Assembly (NCBI RefSeq): GCF_018350175.1
Contig: NC_058368.1
Span: 81,904,001 to 81,968,000, forward strand
Reading direction: 5' to 3'
Length of the DNA: 64,000 nt
Source: Felis catus
Taxonomy: Eukaryota
Shown: piece by piece, positions 37,189-50,418 of the stretch
Layout of the letters: each line of letters opens with the position of its first letter
Numbering within the stretch: position 1 is the first letter of the stretch
Translations under genes and position numbers: made by a program
Notes under the pieces: model-generated
What the model saw: the letters and a program-made list of their open reading frames with translations, nothing else
Databases searched by the model: none
What the model was told of the DNA's origin: nothing

Positions 37189-38849
37189 GTGTGTGTCGCT
37201 GTCAGATGAGGAGGTCCTGCCAAGGGGGCCCAGGGTCCCGCCCAGGTCACACAGCCCACACGGAGCGGTCAGGGCCAGGGTCCCACTGGACCCTTTCCCC
37301 GCTCCCAGCATCCCGCGTCTGTTACACTGGCAGGGCTACACCGAGCAGGAGGGACACACAACAGGGAGGCCACAGGGCAGAGGTGGTCGTGAGACCCTCC
37401 GGGGCCCGGCCCATTAGTCCCCCTCGTGCTCCTTGCGGCGGGACAGGTGACCCCAGAGGCAACTCCCCTGGCTGTTGGTTCTGTTACCGCGAGCAGAGCT
37501 GGGTCCCACCTTCCGGAAAGGCAAGGAGACCTCGTTTGTACCTCAGTGGCCGCGCCGGGCATCCTCCACATCCAGGAGCCGAGAGGCAGACGCCCCACCG
37601 CTGGGGGGTCAGCTCTGGGGTGTCCACGGCAGCCCAGAGGTGGTGAGGACGTGGCCCTCACACCCTGACAAGGAGCCAGCACCACGTGGCGTTAGGTGGA
37701 GACAGCCTCGCGGGTGACCTGGTTCCTCAGGCAACATCAAGGGCGATGGGGGGGTTCACCGTAGTGTGGGGGCCCAGGCTGCCACATCCCCGGGGGACAT
37801 CATGCTCATTCATTAGCGTTGCTAAGGACGGGTTTCTGAATTTGTGTGGTTTATTGCTCCGCGAATTGTCTAATCCAGAGAACAGACCAAGACAGCAAGT
37901 TCAATTGGCTGGTTCCTCTTGCGTGAAAACTGCCAACGGCGATGACCAATCAGCGCTGGAGGGGATGAGAGGGAGGTTGTAGGTTCTTCTAGAACCCGGC
38001 AGAGGGGAAGGGAGCACTCTTCAGGGATGTGGGCGCTGGGTGATCATCTGGCAGGAGAAAGATGGGGTCACATCCTGGGTCGCACAGCATCTGCTGTCCT
38101 GTCCTTCCAGGCACCAGGTTCTGGGTGGCCGAGTCAGGTGTGGGGACGGCCAGGCCCCGGGAGCCCAGCAGCCTTTCTTACGGCCACTTGGCCAGCTGTG
38201 CACCCTTGAGGGGCTTCCTGGTGGCAGCTGCAACACGGCAAAGCATCTCTGTGTGTCTTCCCTCAGTCTCAGGATGAGAGACAGGATGGCCATAGTCAGC
38301 CCCATGCTGCTGTCAAGGTCATGGAGCACGAGTAAGGTCACCACACAAGGTGGTGGGAAGATGCTCCCTGTGGTGAGGCATTGAGGGGTGGCCCTTCAGG
38401 AGGGACTCCAGGACGCTGGGACTCAAGGACATGGGGACCCAGGACAGGACAGGTGTGGAAATGCTCAGGGCTCCAGGGGAGGGGTGCATGAGGACCGGCC
38501 AGCAGGATGGGGCAGCGACTGGAGTGTGAAGTGACTGAACCTGCCAGTGGTTTCAGGGAAGAACAAGTTCAAGGGATTTAAAAAGAAAAGGGGGGACGCC
38601 CCATGCAGTCTCTGGTCTCCCAGGTGGGGGCTGTCCTGAGTCCGGGATGAGCCTTGCTGCTGCAGTGACCGCTTAGCACAGGGCCAGGACCCCAGGGGAC
38701 TCTGTTTGTTTCAAAAGTCAACAATCAGTTTATGTCTGGAAATGTCAACACCCAACAGCCCAGGCCTGGTGCGGAGGTGAGGCATGTCCCCAGGCCACAA
38801 GCAGGCATGATCCCTTGGAGGTCTCTACCCTCACTGAGCCTCAGACCTA

Positions 38850-38945
38850 ATGGCCTCAGGGCCTTTGCACTTGCTGCCCCTTGGTGGACCACCTTTTCAT
38901 ATTCCAGGCCACCTCCTCAGGGAGGCCCTCCATCACCCACACCTA
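38850..38945 (+). mobile_element. L2 fragment
   Basis: cctcagggcctttgcacttgctg...acctcctcagggaggccctcc. Confidence 0.55.
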
Positions 38946-40311
38946 AAGAAAGAAGCGAAAGCCAGCTCTTCCCCCACTCAGGGCCACTTGCCCACCAGGC
39001 TTCCTGGAGCTTTCCGAAAAGGTCGTAATTACAGCCTCGTTTTGGTCTGTGTCTGTGAGAGCAGGCAGGTCCGGGACAGCAGGCACGTGCTGCACAAATA
39101 CACTTCATTTGCAGACAAACCCACCCTGCTTCGCAGACTCCCTCCTATGATCTCTGCAGCCCCTTCTCTCCCCTTCGATGAGGACTGCCATCTTTCCATC
39201 CTTTGTCATCCCCAGCAGAATGAGCTCCTTTCACAGGCCTGGGGCGTGGCTCATGTGGTTCACGTGCGAGGGCCGAGGGGAGGGAGTGCTGTGGCTCTGT
39301 GGCTCCGAGGTGGTGTGGAGCTGGCCAGGAGGCCGGTTTGCGCATCTCCGTTTCCGGAGACGAGGGTGCAGTGGGCACAGGCCAGCATGTGCTTTATTCA
39401 CGGTTCTCCTCTTTCCGGATGAGGACCACGGAAAGCTCCCGGGCTGGAGTGGCGGATCTGGACCTACCACACCCTGCGTGCCCCTTCACCCACAAATAAA
39501 CCCCCACGTAATGAAGCCCAGCGCGCCCTGGTCTCAAAGGACAGCTGAGAGACCCACGGACATGAGGGGCCCAGAGGAGCGGTCAGGTGTTCGGTGCACG
39601 GGACAGGATGCATGGAAGTCAGAGTGTGAGGCGGACACCCGCGCCTGGGCCTGGAGTCCGGCTGCCTCCACGTGCTGTCAGTCCTGACCCCAGGGTGCCA
39701 TCGGGGGTGCCAACTCTGAAGAGCAGCTGCACCCCTGCAGAGAATGCAGCTCTAAAGGGAGGGAAAGTGTGGCCCTCCTTCGGAGCACAGAGCAGCTGCT
39801 CGGTGCTCATTAAAAATGTAGGGCAGAAACATGCCCGTGGGGAACGCCAGTGCCCTGTGCCCACATCTTCAGGATGAGGGCCAGCTTGGCACCGGGGGAG
39901 GCCCGTGATGGCTGAGAGGCGGCCCTACTGTGCGAGCCCGGGGGGGCCAATTGCTGCATTCTCCCGTGGGCCCTCCCCTGCGTGCCGGGGGGAAGGGGCA
40001 CCACCCGCAGATCTCTGTTCTCACCCTTGGGGTCGGAGATGAGTGGCCCCTTCCAGAAACGAGGGAACAGCCCCCACACAGACAGGTGACAGGATGGGAT
40101 TACAGCCTGGTGTATGCCTTTCCATGTCTGTGCCTGCGGAACGGTCAGATCCCCCATGAGGCCTGCTTCTCGGAGGTGTGAACTCAGTCTCTAAACCAAG
40201 CTTTAACTCCGTCTTCTAGAGCAACATGTTCGGTGCTGACTTGACTTCCCCTGTCTTATGTGAGTGCAAATGGAGGGAGCCATGGCTTAAGCTGAGAGGT
40301 GGATCGTTACT

Positions 40312-40384
40312 GGCCCTGTAGAAGGCCAGTAGAAGGCCAGTAGAAGGCCCTGTAGAAGGCCCTGTAGAAGGCCCTGTAGAAGGC
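40312..40384. repeat. Tandem repeat of ggcc(ct/a)gtagaa, 6 copies of 11-12 bp
   Basis: Seen directly. Confidence 0.9.
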
Positions 40385-41058
40385 ATTGCGACAGGCAGGC
40401 TTTGTCCGTGTGTGTCAGATGTATGTGGTCTTTTGAAGAAAACAGTCACGTGGAAGGACGCTGTGGATCGTGGGAGTGGTCGGCCAGTGCCCAGAGGTGT
40501 GGTGGTGGCTCCACGGGCCACCCTGTGAGCTCTCGCCTAGGTTGAGGCCCTGCCCCCAGGGTGGCCCTGTGACCTCTGCACAACAGAGAGGAAGCCAGGC
40601 AGAGGCGCCATGGGCAGGGCACCCCGTCGCTGTCTGTGAGAAATGTCTATGTTCCGGACACACTCAGACCCAACAGTGAACGAAAGGAGTGAAGTCGTGT
40701 CGCTTGCATTCTCAGTAATGAAGTAGGTTGTGCACAGGGGTGTGGATTGTGGAAAGGGAAGAAGGGGGGGAGCGGCCCAGGTGTGGGCTGGGGCCCCCTC
40801 AAGAGGGGTGTGGTTGGTTCTCGGTGAAATGGGGCAGCAGGCCTGGGGGAGGGGCTGCAGTCCCTGCTGGAGACAGCAGTGCCATGGGCCCCAGGTTCGC
40901 AGGGAGCAGTCACCTGAGAAGGGAAGGTTTGGGTGTCATGGGCATTGTCAGGTGTGGAGTGGGGGCGAGGAGGGGAGCCCCCAGGTGTTCCAGCTGGAGC
41001 GGCCACCTGCATCCTGTGGGCCATGTGGGGCCTGCAGCTGCTTAGGGACTGGGCCCAG

Positions 41059-41170
41059 GTGTCCTGGCTGCAACAGTGCACGGTGTGGTGTCCCGGCTTG
41101 TGTCCAGGCTGTGACAGTGCATGGTGTGGTGTCCCGGCTTGTGTCCTGGCTGTGACAGTGCATGGTGTGG
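41059..41170. repeat. ~41-bp tandem repeat, ~2.7 copies
   Basis: cagtgcatggtgtggtgtcccggcttgtgtcctggctgtga unit. Confidence 0.85.
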
Positions 41171-41624
41171 CCACCTGGCTGCTGGGAAGGATAGCTAGAG
41201 GACAGGTTGCTCAGAGGGAGTCTCCCGGCCGCGGGCGGTTGAGACTGTGGTAAGGACAGCTCCCGTGGAGGATTCAGCGCAAAGAAATGACCATTGGAGC
41301 AAATTTAACAAAAACAGGAGGAGTGGGCTCTGAGAAGAGGCAGCCACCTCCTCAGGGTGGCGCTACCCCGCAGAGCAAAGGGATGGGCCAGTGAGCTGGG
41401 GGGAGGGACGCAGTCCAGGCCCTCCCGAGACAAGAGAATAACCACACGGTTGTGCTGGAGAAACTACATCACAAAGGTGAAGAGGAGTGGTAACGATTTG
41501 ATTTCTTTTACGTGTAACCCTGTCTTTGTGCACTGGCTCAAGTCCGTTACCGCACATACCATGATCTGGGTTGCAGGCCTGTCCAGGGGCAGATGCCCCA
41601 GGCTCCGGTGCTGACCTCTGGGCC

Positions 41625-42385
41625 CCTCTCCTTCCCATGGTTCCTGACCCGGGACCCCCTTCCCCCTGCATGCTTCCAGACCCTGACCTCCTCCCCCTCC
41701 TGTTATTCTAGACCCTGACTCCCTCCCCCTGTGGTTCCAGACCTTGACTCCCCTCCCCCTGTGGTTCCAGACCCTGACCCCCTTCTCCCTATGTTTCTAG
41801 ACCCTGACCCCCTCCCCCTGTGGTTCCAGACCTTGACTCCCCTCCCCCTGTGGTTCCAGACCCTGACCCCCTCCCCCTGTGGTTCCAGACCCTGACCCCC
41901 TTCTCCCTATGGTTCTAGACCTTGACTCCCCTCCCCCTGTGGTTCCAGACCCTGACCCCCTTCTTCCTATGGTTCTAGACTCTGACCCCCTTCCCCCTGT
42001 GGTTCCAGACCCTGACCCCCTTCTCCCTATGGTTCTAGACTCTGACCCCCTTCCCCCTGTGGTTCCAGACCCTGACCCCCTTCTCCCTATGGTTCTAGAC
42101 TCTGACCCCCTTCCCCCTGTGGTTCCAGACCCTGACCCCCTTCTCCCTATGGTTCTAGACCTTGACTCCCCTTCCCCTGTGGTTCTAAACCTTGACTCCC
42201 CACCTCCGTGGTTCCAGACCCTGACCCCCTTCTCCCTATGGTTCTAGACCCTGACCCCCTCCCCCTGTGGTTCCAGACCTTGACTCCCCTCCCCTGTGGT
42301 TCCAGACCCTGACCCCCTTCTCCCTATGGTTCTAGACCCTGACCCCCTCCCCCTGTGGTTCCAGACCCTGGATACCCCCCCCCCC
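41625..42385. repeat. Minisatellite, ~30-bp monomer with 60-bp dimeric core, ~25 monomers
   Basis: ggttccagaccctgacccccttctccctat / ggttctagactctgacccccttccccctgt; exact 60-nt periodicity over 41881-42180. Confidence 0.97.
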
Positions 42386-43777
42386 CGCCAAGCATGCCCC
42401 CGTCTACCTTCCCTCCCCCGCTGGTGGAGCTGGTTTTGCCCAACCACACCATGGCAGAAGTGGTTTCCACACCTAGTGTGATCCTACCCCTCTCCGCAAA
42501 CGGAGTGCACTTCACACAGACACATTCACATGTGTGTGTGCACTCACACATGCACACGTACACATGTGCACACTTGCACAGGGTCTCACAAGCAGAGTTG
42601 CCAACATCAAGATAGATTTCTGGCTTTTCTGTGAAAAAACCCGTTTAGCAGCCGTGAACTTTCATTTCCAGGTGGCAACCGTGCAGGAGCACCTGTGCTG
42701 GGCCCTGGGGGCTCTATCCACCCCCCACCCCACCTCAACCCCGGGGCTCAGAGGACCCCCTCCCTCCACAGCTGCCATCTCTCATCAGCGCAGTTAAGTC
42801 ATAATTCAGGAGCACTTAGAGTTCATTTATGCGGACTTTCCCTGGACCCAATTCCACTCACCGAGCTGCTGGGAGACAGAGCCTGTCCCCAGCTGGCTTC
42901 CACGAGGGGCACACGCAGCCTCTCCCACATGCACATAAGTGCACATGCACACATGCACGCACACGGCCCACGGCCCACGGACCTGAGGAGGTCTGGAACC
43001 ACCTTACTTCCTGCTGCCATGTGGTTTCCAAGTGGATTTCCTGTGACGTCTGCGTGGGAAGCGTGTGTGTGTGTGAAGATGCGCGGGACAATTCAAGATG
43101 CGCACGCGGAAGTGACAGCTTCCGCCTCCCACCTGCCTCCTTCCCCACAGAGTTAGTTTGGGTGACATTGGGTCGCTCTCCAGCCTCGCACCCCTGCCCC
43201 ACACTGGGACATGGCACCGCACTCTTTCCCGCTGCGCACCCCGCTCCACGCTGGGAGCACAGACTCACCAGTCCACCAGCTCCCATCCAGCAGCCTGTCA
43301 CCCACATCCTTCCGGGCGGCCCCTCCGAGCCTGCGCTGCCACAGCTGCATCACACCCTGTTGTGTAGACGGGTCAAGCCTACCGAGCCGAGCACAATGTC
43401 GTCAGCTCTCCATCCCCCTCGGGTTCCCCTATGATGAGTAGCCTTGCTCCTGGTGTAGCTGGGTTGGGTGTTCTGAGGGGGACCGCCTTGAGGGTGATGG
43501 ATTTGTCACACTGCTCAGCCGCCGCCTTGTCGAGAGGTCCTCCCCCCAGGCCATGTGATTAGCAAGTAAAGGGCGTTTGCTGTCCATGACTTTGCTCAGC
43601 CCATATTCCTACGTGGTCTCAAGCTCTGGGAGCCCGGTGACCACTGTCCGCCACGCTGGCCTCCTCCGCACAAGCCCTGTTTCTTCGTGTTCCTGGCCAC
43701 ACACTCCTGGCGGGAGCCAGAGGCTACCTGTCCCCTGGAGCCCTCTTCTTTGTTGTAATGACCTTTCTCTGTCACTG

Positions 43778-43915
43778 CCATCCGGTGTGATAGCTGCTAG
43801 CCACGTATGGCCATTTAAACTGAAAAATTAAAAGGAAGTAAATGGGAAAGTTCAGTAGTTGGTTGGGCTCCCCCCCACATTTCAGTTCACGTGTGGCCAC
43901 GTGGGCACTCGGATG
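43778..43915. mobile_element. hAT-Charlie MER3/MER33-like DNA transposon remnant
   Basis: tagctgctagccacgtatggccatttaaactgaaaaattaaa...aaagttcagt...cacatttcag...gccacgtgg internal inverted pattern. Confidence 0.55.
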
Positions 43916-44539
43916 TGGACCAGTCCACCTGTTGGAGCACACGGGCCATGGTGGTGGGGTCAGGACAGCAGCGGCTCTGTCCTTATTCACAGAGAAAAGG
44001 CCAAGAGATTATTATCCTGACGCCATGCCCAAGAGGAGAGACCACAGCTCTGCCCTTACTTGGAAATAATGACATTTTGCTATGAGGGAAGCACGCTGAG
44101 GTGTGGCTCTGGGGTTGGGAGGCCATTCCTTCACGGCTGTCACGGAGCCCAGGCTGCACCCTGCCAGCGTGTCTGCCCCTCACGGGGGGAGGTGGTGTAG
44201 GGGACACACAGTGCCCAGGAGCCTGTGAACTAGCATTTCAGCCCCCAGCTGGAGAGGAGATGCCTGAGGCTGACACGGGGAGGCTCTGGGCTGGGAGCAG
44301 AGAGTCAGGACACAAGAGTCAGGCCAAGTCCTGGACCCCGGTGATCGAGGTCTGCAGCATGAGCCCAAGGCAGGTCATGAGCTTCCGGAAGGTTCTCTGC
44401 ATGGGTCCCAAGGTGGTGGCTTTACGCCCCTGGGGAGCAGTTCACTCCCTGATTGCAAAGAACTGGCTGACAGTGTGCATCTTTTTTTTTTTAATGTGTT
44501 TAAAGGATTTATGTGGTTTATTGGGGGTTTAATAGCATT

Positions 44540-44885
44540 TGAAAAAAATTTGGTAAAATATTCATAACGTATAATGAACCATCTTTACCATCCCTAAGTG
44601 CACAGGCAGGTCAGTAGTACTAAATATGTACCTATTGTGCAACACGTCTCCAGAACCTTCTCATTCCCCGATGTCCAACACCAGGGGTCTGACACTCTAG
44701 GAGCCCCCCAGGAGCAGGATCACACAGTATGTATCCTGCATCTGGCTTGTCTTCCCCAGCACGAGGTCCCCCAGGTTCACTGTGGTGCAGCCTGCGTCAC
44801 AGTCTCCTCCCTTTCCGGGCAGATAACAGCGCCCCTCTGTCTGGATGGACCACGCTGCATTGATCTGTTCGTCAGTGGGTGTAGA
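44540..44885 (-). mobile_element. Ancient L1M (L1MB/MC-like) 3'UTR fragment
   Basis: ggtaaaatattcataacgtataa...ctattgtgcaac...ctccagaaccttctcat...gatcacacagtat...gaccacgctgcattgatctgttcgtcagt pattern. Confidence 0.65.
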
Positions 44886-46620
44886 GAACTGTTTCTGAAC
44901 GAGGCTAGAAGTCAGGCTTCCTCGTGCGTGCCCCCTGTAGGCTCGTGGAAACCAGGCGGGTCGAGGCCTTGGTTATCCCTGCGTGTTCTTGGTCCTATAG
45001 CCACAAGCACAGATTCCAGGCGCACTCACAGTGATTCCCCAAGATGTCATGACTTCGGTTTTCTGTGTTTGTTTTTGTCAAAAAAAAAAAATTGCAAAGG
45101 GGAAAAGCTTGAATATAAGGAACATAAAAATGCAAGATTTCGGGCTCTTCAGAGAAATTCCTGTGTGTTTCTTTTTGTTTTTTTTTTAATGGGTTGTTCT
45201 TTTGGTTGTGAAGGAGAGGCGATGTCACTGCTTTGTAGGAAAGGGCCCCTGGGCAACGCCCGCACTCCTACAGCTCATGTCGTGTGCCCCTGCACCTCAG
45301 CAGCCCTGACAGGATCCGGAGCGACTCTAAGAACAGATGGGTTACCGTGTGCAGGAGTTTTTAAGAAGCACTTGGAGGTTTTATTCAGTGGTTTGTTTTG
45401 TGGAATGACAAACTGACCAGTGCTAGAGAAACACATCACAGAAATGGTATTTGGACAAACGTTCGAATCGCGAGAAGAGAGAAGAAAGAGCGAGGAAAGA
45501 AAGGTTCGGATGGAGAGCTCAGGGGACAACCTGGGCAGCTGGGTCACAGGGGCAGGGAAGGCTGCCCATGACATTTCAACCTGTGTCCCTCACAAAGGAA
45601 GACAGGGCCTTATTCACATCTGCTAACTTGCATAGACCAGTGTCAGATGTGGGGTGACAAGGCAACAAGGCAGTGCTGCGGGGTCCAGGGGGCCCCTGGG
45701 GAGGGGGTGGCTCCTGCTGGCCACTGGGTACCTGCTGCCCCACCCCCAGCCAGCCACCGGTCAGCCCCCTGGGCCAGCCCAGCCCTCAGGGACCCGGGGC
45801 CCCTGCCGCACAGGGACAGGCTCCGCCTGACAGGCCATCCCACCACAGACCGGGGAGGGCTGGGAAGGGTGCCAGCCTGTGGCTGCCTCCTACACAGGGC
45901 CCATCCACCCCAGCCCTGGCACTCCACCCTGACGCTGGCAAGGCATAGCCACGGGTCCTTTGCTCCAAGAAGGGGCCTCCTCACTGCCCTCCAGCTGCGG
46001 GCCGTGAGCCCCAGGCCACGTGGGAGCTGTAGGTACACAGAAACGCCCTATCCGCCTGTTTTGGCTCCTAAACGCTGTACCTTCTGTCCTTCCGTGGACA
46101 TTACACCACGTGAGGCTCCCTGGCCTGCTGTGTCCTGCGATGGTTTGCACTCCAGAAAACCTCGCTCCCAGACATGGACCTGACTTAGCAGTTGGGACCC
46201 ACAGGCCCCGGGGTCCTGCCCTAGGGAGCAGCTGGTGCACCCCCAGCAGACACACGGGTACAGGGCCAGGGCAACGCTCAGGGGGCTCAGGGGCTCTCCG
46301 CCCCAAGGTGGGGAGGCCACACCTGCACCAGGCATGGGGAGCTGCATGCCCGGTGCCCACCCCTGGGCACCCAAGCCTGGAGCCCCAGATGAAACAGCCC
46401 CCCCCCATTGGAGGCATCATTTAGTACATACACATCCGTTCTTCTGGCGTAGAGGGGGGCACGTAAGTGAGGCCACCACGTGAGAACAGCAGGGGCTGCT
46501 GACTCAGAGCTCGCTGTAGCAGGGCATCCACCAGACCACTGCCACGTGAGTGTGGCAGAGACTCAGGTGGGTGGGGCAGGGAGAGCTCAGGGTAGAAAGG
46601 AGGTGGCTGGGGGCAGGCAC

Positions 46621-46900
46621 CCTGGGGGAGGTGCTGGCCCAGGACAGATGGGGGGGGGGCCTGGAGGAGGTGCTGGCCCAGGACAGCTGGGGGTGTGCCT
46701 GGGGGAGGTGCTGGGCCAGGACAGCTCAGGGGGGCTGGGGGAGGGCCTGGGGGAGGTGCTGGCCCCGGACAGCTGGGGGGCGGGGCCTGGGGGAGGTGCT
46801 GACCCAGGACAGCTGGGGCAGGGGCTTGGGGGAGGTATTGGCCCAGGACAGCTGGGTGGGGGGGCGCGCTGGGGAAGGTGCTGGCCCAGGACACCGGGGC
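46621..46900. repeat. G-rich minisatellite, ~7 copies of gggggaggtgctggcccaggacagctggggg
   Basis: Conserved core with variable G-rich linkers. Confidence 0.93.
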
Positions 46901-47270
46901 AGCTAACCAGAAGCAGGTCCAGGGATGGGTTAGGGAAACACACGGGGCTTTCTCTGGTTGGTCCCAGGTTAGAAGCAGGACAACAGTTGGGGAAGCTGTC
47001 CCGCCCTCAGGGGCAGATTGCCCGGGGGTGGGGGTGGGGCGTTGGCATCGTGGACTGTTGCTGGAGACAGGGCCCACCTTGCTCACCTTCCTGCAGGAGT
47101 GGCCTCTCGAAGACGGCGCAGCCGGCTGGGCTGCGGCTGACACTGTGGGCTGGTTTCCCAGGCTGCTTGCTGCGGGTCACGAGTCAGGATCAGACACCTG
47201 GCCAGTGACCATCTGTATATGCAATCTTTCAGTGGCAATAGTGACAAAGTTTACCTTCTTTAATTCTTTA

Positions 47271-47286
47271 AAAAAATGTGTTTATT

Positions 47287-47332
<46 letters not shown>

Positions 47333-47497
47333 CATGTGTGAGCAGGGGAGGGGCAGAGAGAAAGAGAGAATCCCAAGCAGGCTCAGTGCCGTCAGCAAGG
47401 AGTCTGACTTGGGGCTCAATCCCACGAACTGTGTGATTGTGACTTGAGCTGAAATCAAGAGTTGGGCGTTTAACCAACCGAGCCACCCAGGCGCCCC
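47271..47497 (-). mobile_element. CAN-SINE
   Basis: (GA)n tract, ends gagccacccaggcgcccc; tctttaaa on both sides. Confidence 0.94.
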
Positions 47498-50310
47498 TCT
47501 TTAAAGGGGTTCATAATCACAATTGAGACAGTTTCGCTGCTGGTAGAGAGAAGACTGAAAGCTGGTAGGGCTGGTGGAGGGCGGTGGATGGTGCTTGAGA
47601 GTGGGTACGGGATCAGGGCAGTGACCCCGGGGAAGGAGAGGCACTGGCACATGTCAGCAGGGGAAATAGACACTCTGGTCCTCACTCGGCCTGGGAGCAC
47701 CATCCCAGCCCTTCCAAACAGTGGGGTCACTAACTCCCGATTTAAAAGAAAGGAAAAGAGGTGAGCCCACAGCTTCTCTGTAGCTGATGGTTTAATACCG
47801 TCTGTTTCCCCAGAGAGACCTCAGAGAGAGGAGTCTCATCGGGTCACCCCCTGTCAGGCAACGCTCCTACTGGGGACAGAGGTGGGGGGTACTCTCCCAG
47901 AGGGGACACAGTGCCCAAAAGGACCAGGTCAGCCCCTCTCGGGGGATGCTCCTGCTGGGGGCAGCGTGGGGGGGGGGTCTCTCCCAGAAGGGGCAGAGTG
48001 CCCAGCAGGGCGAGGCATGGCCTCCCATGAACCCTCCGCTCCCTCCTGTGGTTGAAAATCGGGACTGAGGTCCAGGGAAGACAGATAGGCGTTGGCCCGG
48101 AGCAGGGGCTTCCTCAAGACCCTCCCATCACCAGGGTTTGGAGAGAGAAGCCCCCTGCTTGGTTCCCATGCTCTGAGCCCCTCAGACCTCCCAGTCCCTG
48201 TCCCGGCTGGGACCCCGTGACCGTGGCCGTGGCCATGGCTGCAGATGAGAGAGGGTGACAGGTCCCTGGAACCTGCGCGTGGCAGCCCCTGAACTTGGGG
48301 AGTCCTGCCTGGGTCGCAGGCAGCATTCACCTCTGGCCACAAGAGGGCGCCAGTGGGCAGAGCGCGTTCTGATAAAGGCGCCCCATGCGCCCCAAACACA
48401 CGTGTGGTCAGCGTGGGTCACAGGCTGCCCTGGGGACCTGCCCTCCCTGAGCTGTGTCCCGAGAGCCCTGCCGCCCTGTGGAAGCCACCCAGAAGAAGGG
48501 GATGGGGCTGGAGGGGGGGGACCGGGGGCAGGAAGAGGGGTACCCAGTGGGGTAGGGAGGGCTGTGGGAGGTGGGGGGGATCAGGTAGGGGGTGGGTCCA
48601 GGGTCCTGGCGGGGGTCTGGAAAGGGGGGGACAGAGGGCAAGTTGGGGGGGAAGGAGCAGAGGAGATGGGGACAGGAGGGGTGGGAGGGGTGCCCCTCCA
48701 GCTGTCTCAGACATGAAGCAGCCCTATCTTTCTGGTGCCCTGGGACCTCTTCCCAACGCCCTCTCCCACACATGGCACCAGTGCGCACCCCCTCCAGCCC
48801 GCATCACTCTCATCGCCCCCTCCCAGCCGCATCCAGGGGCTTCCTCCCGCTGACGTCACCTGTGAGCCTGGGGTCAGCTGATGCCTGGCTCTCCCTCCCT
48901 CCCTCATCCTCCCTTCCCTGCTGACCCCGACCAAGCCCAGGTCAGACCCTCCGCAGGGCTCTCCCAGGACAGAGACCCAGGCCCAAGGCGGCCTCTGCAG
49001 TCACAGAAAGTGCGCAGGGTGCATCTGCAGGACCAGCCCGTAGGTGTGGCCCTGGACCAGGGGCAGCTTTTGGGAGCTCGTGAGAAAGGGGGCCTCACTG
49101 ACGCCTCCGGAGCCCGAATCCACGTTTGAACCAGCTCGGGGGTCTCCTGTGCACAGGGCACTTTGAGAAACGACAGGTTGTGTCCTAGGGAGGCGCCGGC
49201 CCCGCCCCTCCATTGTCCCCCACCTGTAATCCTGGTTTCTCTGTGTGTCTGCACCTGCCCCTGCTCTGTGACCAACTGCTGTAAACAGGCGAGTCCCTGC
49301 AGGGGCCAGGAACAAGATGGGGCTTGGCCGGGATCGGGACAATGACAGCGACCTCACCCTTGCCTCTAGACTGTTCTCGGGCTGCTCCCACTCCCGCCAG
49401 TGATGGAGAGCTTGCACACGCATGGCGAAGCTGCCTGCAGGGGCCACCCAGGTGTTGGAGAGGGCACCAGTGAGTGGCTGAATCCCAGAAACAAGAGTTT
49501 ACACGAGCTCTGTGACTGCGCCAAAAGTGAGATCATCTGCCTCACTCAGCTGCCAGGCAGCTGGCCAGGGCGGCCCCTGCGAGCCAGCTGTTCCGGGGTT
49601 GGAGACCAGTGCCTACGCATCTGCGGGGCCATGTGTGCCCTGTAATGGGGACACTTCTGTGTGGCTGCCAGCCTCAGACTATGCACGCTGCTTCTCCCAC
49701 CGCCACCACCTTCAGTGCTACCAGCCCAAGGGTGGCTTCTCAGCGATCCAAGCATGACCCGCCCTGTCACCCGGGCCTGTGAAGTCAGAGACCTGTGGGT
49801 GGGGGCCAGAAGCAGGGCTCCACTCAGTCCTTTCCTGGGTGGGCACAGCCAGACCCTCCTTCTCAAAGCGGGGGCGGAGCTACAGGACCCTGCTGGCCTC
49901 GGCCGCTAGGGCAGCCCCTGGGCAGCAGTTGTGTGGGCACGGTGGAGGCCAGAAAGGTCTCCACGTCCTGAGGGTGCTTCTGCTCCCTAAGTCTGTGCAC
50001 CCGTGGGCCAGTGTTCACTGATGTGTTGGTGGACAAAGACAGGTGTGCAAGAGGGGGGTCCTGGGCCCCCGGCCAGGTCCTGGCCTGTGGGTAGCCTCAC
50101 TGTCTGCTTCTGGGGTCCAGTTTCCCTCAGCACGCCCCCCTCCCGACACCTGGGTGTGGTGCAGGGGCCCCGTGTAGGAGGCAGCCTGGGAAAGAGACGG
50201 GTGGGAGCGTCTGCTTCCTCCCACAGGGCAGACTTGGCCTGGGAGGCAGCCAGCAGGTGCCTGGGAGCACCCAGAGCCAGACCACGGGGCTCACCCACTC
50301 CACGTTGTGC

Positions 50311-50418
50311 TGTGTGAGGCTGGGCAAGCGACCCAGTCTCTCTGTGCCTGCTTTCCTCCTCTCTGGGCTGGAGAGATCGTCGTCCCTACCTCATGGGGCT
50401 GCCGTGAGGAGTAAAGGA
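50311..50418 (+). mobile_element. MIR fragment
   Basis: tgggcaagcgacccagtctctctgtgcctgctttcctc...cctacctcatggggctgccgtgaggagtaaa. Confidence 0.7.

Noticed and set aside
36962..37417. 151-aa ORF as a stand-alone gene
   Set aside because: Only 37074-37188 resembles MCF2L and has splice sites; the rest is intron read-through.
41879..42247. Repetitive ORF (VPDPDPLLPMVLDSDPLPPV)n
   Set aside because: Translation of the 60-bp minisatellite; no splice or start evidence.
46621..46900. CRISPR-like look (constant core with variable linkers)
   Set aside because: Linkers are short related G-runs rather than unique spacers; mammalian intron with no cas genes.
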